DNA of 64,000 nucleotides from a virus: the IMG/VR virus record IMGVR_UViG_3300045911_000143, positions 14,355-78,354 of that record; one strand, written 5' to 3'. Position numbers and translations under genes: made by a program. The notes beneath the pieces are model-generated. The model searched no databases. It saw only the letters and a program-made list of their open reading frames with translations, and was not told the DNA's origin. Positions 59,881 to 64,000 of the stretch are shown here, in pieces. Every line of letters begins with the position of its first letter. Position 1 is the first letter of the stretch.

Positions 59881-60519
59881 TCAATAGGCAAGTTTGTTTT
59901 TGACAATTGCAGAATGCATCCAATGTTCGGAAGTAGCAACATGGTTTGCTCTAACAAATTTAGCAACCGACTTACTAAAATCATTATAGTCGAACGCCCC
60001 CGCCAAACGTAGGACATACCCCTCATCCCTTTCAAGATTTAGATGATTTTTAATGATACGGTTCAATTCCATTTCATCATAAATCCCTTCATACAGGACC
60101 GGAACACTAGTTACACCAAGGTTTTCAAACTTGGCCAGAGTTTCTGACCAACTTAGACAAAGATCATCACGCCAGAACGAAAAGCCCAAAAAATAACTTG
60201 GCAAGTTTTCGTAAAGAATAGAGTGCTTAGCGAAGCAATTTTCGCCACAAATTCGTTCGTTTTCATTCAATCGACCTTTGATATAATTACCCCAAAACTG
60301 TTTCACCCAAGCCCTAGATGGATGATCCTTAGAATCAATCGACCTTGCATGGATATAGTTATTATACATGGTTGTATTCTCACCGTCCATCTTCACGGTG
60401 ACTACAATCTGTTTGTCCTTGAAATTTTCTTGAACCTGCTCCATAGTCATTATCTTGTCGTCAGACGTTACATGCTGACTCCAAGGCAGATGCGGAGTTC
60501 TAGGATATTTCTTGTACAT
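59881..60519 (-). CDS. RNA ligase family protein (KYPRTPH type)
   Basis: KYPRT.HLPWS, KMDGEN, GEN..AKHS, EG.V.R, K.VR..H. Confidence 0.85.
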   Translation of the reverse strand: MYKKYPRTPHLPWSQHVTSDDKIMTMEQVQENFKDKQIVVTVKMDGENTTMYNNYIHARSIDSKDHPSRAWVKQFWGNYIKGRLNENERICGENCFAKHSILYENLPSYFLGFSFWRDDLCLSWSETLAKFENLGVTSVPVLYEGIYDEMELNRIIKNHLNLERDEGYVLRLAGAFDYNDFSKSVAKFVRANHVATSEHWMHSAIVKNKLAY

Positions 60520-60568
60520 TTTCTAACTATCCATTTATTTGGGGCTTCAAGTATCCAAAATTCTGGAA

Positions 60569-61207
60569 TCAAGTATCTAAATCAACCATGAATCTTACTT
60601 CATACCCCTTTTCGTACATCATTCTTTTCCAAACTTCAAACGAGATCAATGTCATTTGACGGTCAACATACAATGATGAAGTACCCGCTTCAATTTTTTC
60701 CAACTCCCAATTCAGATGCATCAAAATATGAAAATCTGATGGTAGTATGTCAGACGTGCCAATAGACCATTGACTGGAGGATACATTATCATCCTCCTCC
60801 AGCCTAAGAGTATAGGGCAGCCCAAGCGTCCCATCAAACATTTCAACACCAAAGGTTGGGTAAATATTATAATACCTAAAATTTGGCATTAAAAACCTTA
60901 ATGCAGATTTAATTCTGCCCTTTTTGAGGGCAATAAAAAATTCTTTAATCGCACACTTAAAAATGTGAAGATTTGAAAGACTAAATCTGATGTTATCTAA
61001 AATATTTTTCAAATGAAATCTAACCCACGGGAATTCTCGATAACTAAAAATCGTATCGAGTCCCATAGGATGAAATTCTGAGGTTCTATACCATAGAATC
61101 TTATTATCCGCTTTAGGATACATCTTAGGATCATAAGCATATGGGTGGAGATACAGACGCTCTCCACCCTTTACAATTTTAACACCTTTAAATGTAGATT
61201 TTTTCAT
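60569..61207 (-). CDS. hypothetical protein
   Basis: 212 aa ORF. Confidence 0.6.
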   Translation of the reverse strand: MKKSTFKGVKIVKGGERLYLHPYAYDPKMYPKADNKILWYRTSEFHPMGLDTIFSYREFPWVRFHLKNILDNIRFSLSNLHIFKCAIKEFFIALKKGRIKSALRFLMPNFRYYNIYPTFGVEMFDGTLGLPYTLRLEEDDNVSSSQWSIGTSDILPSDFHILMHLNWELEKIEAGTSSLYVDRQMTLISFEVWKRMMYEKGYEVRFMVDLDT

Positions 61208-61796
61208 TCCATTTAGTCTCTGATTGAATCAATCTGTACCGCTTGCCATCAATGATAACAGACTTGCTTTCTTGATTGCAACTCTGGTTAAGATTGTATA
61301 AAAGGCCATTCTTGTACCATTCCTGAGTACCATCTGCACGAATCATAGCAGGCTTGTCTCCATCTCTGTGACATTTGTCAGTTTTGTACCAAAACTGACT
61401 ACCATCTGCATAAATGATGGCAGGCTTGTCTCCATCCCTGTGTTTTTTTCCATCTTTGTACCAAACCTGAGTACCATCCGCATAAATCACAGCAGGCTTG
61501 TCCCCATCCCTGTGGCGTTTGCCATTCTTGATCCAAAACTGGCTACTATCCGCACGAATGGCAGCAGGCTTGTCGCCATCCCTATGGGCTTCGCCATCCT
61601 TGAACCAAAACTGACTACCACCTGCATAAATGATAGCAGGCTTATCATCATCCCGATGAAGTTTGCCATCCTTGTACCAATGCTGACTACCATCTTTATA
61701 AACGATAGCAGGCTTATCATCATCCCGATGAAGTTTGCCATTCTTATAGAACTCAGTCCTATCTGAGTAATCTTTGTAGCTATAAACGTCAGTCAT
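61188..61796 (-). CDS. HRDGDKPA repeat protein (6 repeats)
   Basis: Direct translation. Confidence 0.85.
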   Translation of the reverse strand: MTDVYSYKDYSDRTEFYKNGKLHRDDDKPAIVYKDGSQHWYKDGKLHRDDDKPAIIYAGGSQFWFKDGEAHRDGDKPAAIRADSSQFWIKNGKRHRDGDKPAVIYADGTQVWYKDGKKHRDGDKPAIIYADGSQFWYKTDKCHRDGDKPAMIRADGTQEWYKNGLLYNLNQSCNQESKSVIIDGKRYRLIQSETKWNEKIYI

Positions 61797-61801
61797 GAAT
61801 G

Positions 61802-62239
61802 TTATCCCTCAGGAACAAGTTTGTATTTCTTTCCATCAATGATAACAAACTTATTTGATGGATTGCAAGTCTGACTAGGTTTATATCTAAGGCCATTTTT
61901 AAACCATTCCTGAGTACCATTTGCATGAATCACGGCGGGCTTGTCTCCATCCCTGTGGAGATTGTTATTCTTATACCAATACTGGCTACCATCTGCCAAA
62001 ATTATAGCAGGTTTGTCTCCATCTCTATGGCGTTTGCCATCCTTCCACCATTCCTGCGCACCATTTGCATAAATCACGGCAGGCTTGTCGCCATCCCTAT
62101 GGCGTTCGCCATAATCATACCAATACTGGCTACCATTTGCATAAATGATAGCAGGCTTATCCCCACCCCGATGAAGTTTTCCGTTCTTATAGAACTCAGT
62201 CCTGTCTGGAAAATCTTTATATGTATAAATGTCAGCCAT
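61802..62239 (-). CDS. HRDGDKPA repeat protein (4 repeats)
   Basis: Direct translation. Confidence 0.85.
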   Translation of the reverse strand: MADIYTYKDFPDRTEFYKNGKLHRGGDKPAIIYANGSQYWYDYGERHRDGDKPAVIYANGAQEWWKDGKRHRDGDKPAIILADGSQYWYKNNNLHRDGDKPAVIHANGTQEWFKNGLRYKPSQTCNPSNKFVIIDGKKYKLVPEG

Positions 62240-62241
62240 GA

Positions 62242-62967
62242 TTATTCCTCTGGAACAAGTCTGTATCGCTTGCCGTCAATGATAACAGACTTGTTAGATG
62301 GGTTACAAGTCTGACTAGGTTTATATCCAAGGCCATTTTTAAACCATTCCTGAGTACCATTTGCATGAATCACAGCAGGCTTGCCTCCATCCCTGTGGAG
62401 ATTGTTATTCTTATACCAATACTGAGTACCATATACACTAATCACAGCAGGCTTGTCTCCGTCTCTGTGAAGTTTGTCATTCTTATACCAAAATTGGCTA
62501 CCATCTGCATAAATCACAGCAGGCTTATCATTATCCCTCTGACGTTCGCCATCCTTGTACCAATGCTGGCTACCATTTGCATAAATGGCGGCAGGCTTGT
62601 CACCATCTCTGTGAAGATTACCGTTCTTATACCAAAATTGGCTACCATCTGCATAAATCACAGCAGGCTTATCATCATCCCGATGAAGTTTGCCATCCTT
62701 GTACCAATACTGGCTACCATTTGTATAAATGTTAGCAGGCTCGTCCCCATCCCTATGTTGTTTACCATTCTCATACCAAAATTGGGTACCATCCGCCCAG
62801 ACGATAGCAGGCTTGTCTTCATCTCTATGGAGTTTTCCATCCTTGTACCAATACTGACTACCATCTGCACGAATGATAGCAGGCTTATCTCCATCCCTGT
62901 GAAGTTTGCCATTCTTATAGAACTCGGTCTTGTCTGGAAAATCTTTATATGTATAAACGTCAGCCAT
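62242..62967 (-). CDS. HRDGDKPA repeat protein (8 repeats)
   Basis: Start at MADVYTY by homology with paralogs. Confidence 0.85.
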   Translation of the reverse strand: MADVYTYKDFPDKTEFYKNGKLHRDGDKPAIIRADGSQYWYKDGKLHRDEDKPAIVWADGTQFWYENGKQHRDGDEPANIYTNGSQYWYKDGKLHRDDDKPAVIYADGSQFWYKNGNLHRDGDKPAAIYANGSQHWYKDGERQRDNDKPAVIYADGSQFWYKNDKLHRDGDKPAVISVYGTQYWYKNNNLHRDGGKPAVIHANGTQEWFKNGLGYKPSQTCNPSNKSVIIDGKRYRLVPEE

Positions 62968-62969
62968 GA

Positions 62970-63479
62970 TTATTCTTCTGGAACAAGTTTGTATTTCTTG
63001 CCGTCGATAATAACAGACTTGCTTTCTGGATTGCAAGTTTGTTTAGGCTCGTATGATATGCCATTCCTGTACCAAAATTGGCTACCATCTGCATAAATGA
63101 CGGCAGGCTTATCTCCATCTCTGTGGGGTTTGTCGTCTTTCCACCACTCCTGAGTACCATCAGCCAAAACCACAGCAGGCTTGTCACCATCCCTGTGTTT
63201 TTTGCCATCTTTGTACCAATATTGACTACCACTTGAATAAATCACAGCAGGATTGTCTCCATCCCTGTGGATTTTGTTGTTTTTATACCACCACTGACTA
63301 CCATCTGCATAAACGATAGCAGGCTTGTCTCCATCTCTGTGGAGTTTGCCATCCTTATACCATTCCCGAGTACCATCATTTTGATCGATAGCAGGCTTGT
63401 CACCATCTCTGTGGAGTTTGCCATTCTTATAGAATTCGATCTTATTTTCAAAATCTCTGTAAGTATAAACGTCAGCCAT
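62970..63479 (-). CDS. HRDGDKPA repeat protein (5 repeats)
   Basis: Direct translation. Confidence 0.85.
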   Translation of the reverse strand: MADVYTYRDFENKIEFYKNGKLHRDGDKPAIDQNDGTREWYKDGKLHRDGDKPAIVYADGSQWWYKNNKIHRDGDNPAVIYSSGSQYWYKDGKKHRDGDKPAVVLADGTQEWWKDDKPHRDGDKPAVIYADGSQFWYRNGISYEPKQTCNPESKSVIIDGKKYKLVPEE

Positions 63480-63481
63480 GA

Positions 63482-63919
63482 TTATTCCTCGGGAACGAGT
63501 TTGTACCTCTTTCCGTCAATGATAACAGACTTGCTTTCTGGATTGCAAGTCTGACTAGGCTTGTATCTAAACCCGTCCTTGTACCATTCTTGAGTACCAT
63601 CAGCCAAAACCACAGCGGGCTTATCTCCACCCCTGTGCTGTTTGTCATCCTTGTACCAAAACTGACTACCATCTGCATAAATGATGGCGGGTTTGTCATC
63701 ATCCCTGTTTAATTTCCCATGTTTGTACCAAAACTGACTACCATCTGGATAAACAACAGAAGGCTTATCCCCATCACGATGAATTTTACCGTCCTTATAC
63801 CAATACTGCCTACCATCTGCATAAATGACGGCAGGCTTATCCCCATCCCTATGTTGTTTTCCGTTCTTATAGAATACAGTCCTGTCTTCAAAATCTTTAT
63901 ATGTATAAACGTCAGTCAT
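63482..63919 (-). CDS. HRDGDKPA repeat protein (4 repeats)
   Basis: Direct translation. Confidence 0.85.
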   Translation of the reverse strand: MTDVYTYKDFEDRTVFYKNGKQHRDGDKPAVIYADGRQYWYKDGKIHRDGDKPSVVYPDGSQFWYKHGKLNRDDDKPAIIYADGSQFWYKDDKQHRGGDKPAVVLADGTQEWYKDGFRYKPSQTCNPESKSVIIDGKRYKLVPEE

Positions 63920-63921
63920 CT

Positions 63922-64000
63922 TTATTCCTCTGGAACAAGTCTGTATCTCTTGCCGTCAATGATAACAGACTTGCTTGATGGATTACAATCTTGTGCAGGT
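63922..64000 (-). CDS. C-terminus of a further repeat-protein paralog (runs off the window)
   Basis: Encodes the ...CNPSSKSVIIDGKRYRLVPEE* cap. Confidence 0.8.
   Translation of the reverse strand, partial: PAQDCNPSSKSVIIDGKRYRLVPEE

Noticed and set aside
61188-64000. Diversity-generating retroelement
   Set aside because: No RT, no non-coding template repeat, and differences are not visibly restricted to adenines
1-64000. Stop-codon reassignment
   Set aside because: Known genes (guaC, rIIA, rIIB, rnlA, tilS) are intact in code 11 and no CUA/UUA/UCA suppressor tRNA was found

Overview
This 64-kb window looks like part of a large lytic dsDNA (jumbo, T4-lineage-like) bacteriophage genome read in the standard code. 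Evidence: rIIA/rIIB, RNA ligase 1, T4-type TATAAATA late promoters and 19 tRNA genes. The left arm (1-18.7 kb) is strongly AT-rich and mixed-strand. It holds late-promoter genes (two protein kinases, an ADP-ribosyltransferase-like protein, a C1 protease), a 4-gene glycosylation cluster, a lysozyme, phosphatases, guaC and a frameshifted alternative oxidase. A 7x12-bp tandem repeat at about 18.9 kb marks an abrupt switch to a more GC-rich, almost entirely minus-strand early region of small promoter-gene cassettes (ArdC, KlcA/ArdB, AT-hook proteins). After that come RNA ligases, tRNA clusters, TilS, rII and a tandem array of 24-aa-repeat genes. The most striking unexplained structures are: (1) a ~850-nt GOLLD-like RNA with a textbook hammerhead ribozyme at its 5' end; (2) a two-copy small RNA with an identical scaffold and a sequence-variable but conserved pseudoknot; (3) three ~620-650-bp modules with conserved ends spaced about 7.0 kb apart, plus a family of G-rich promoters in convergent pairs; (4) a late-expressed T3-SAMase-like protein that, with the kinases and ART, may form a virion-injected anti-defence cargo. 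All family calls are motif recognition by eye and were not searched against databases.
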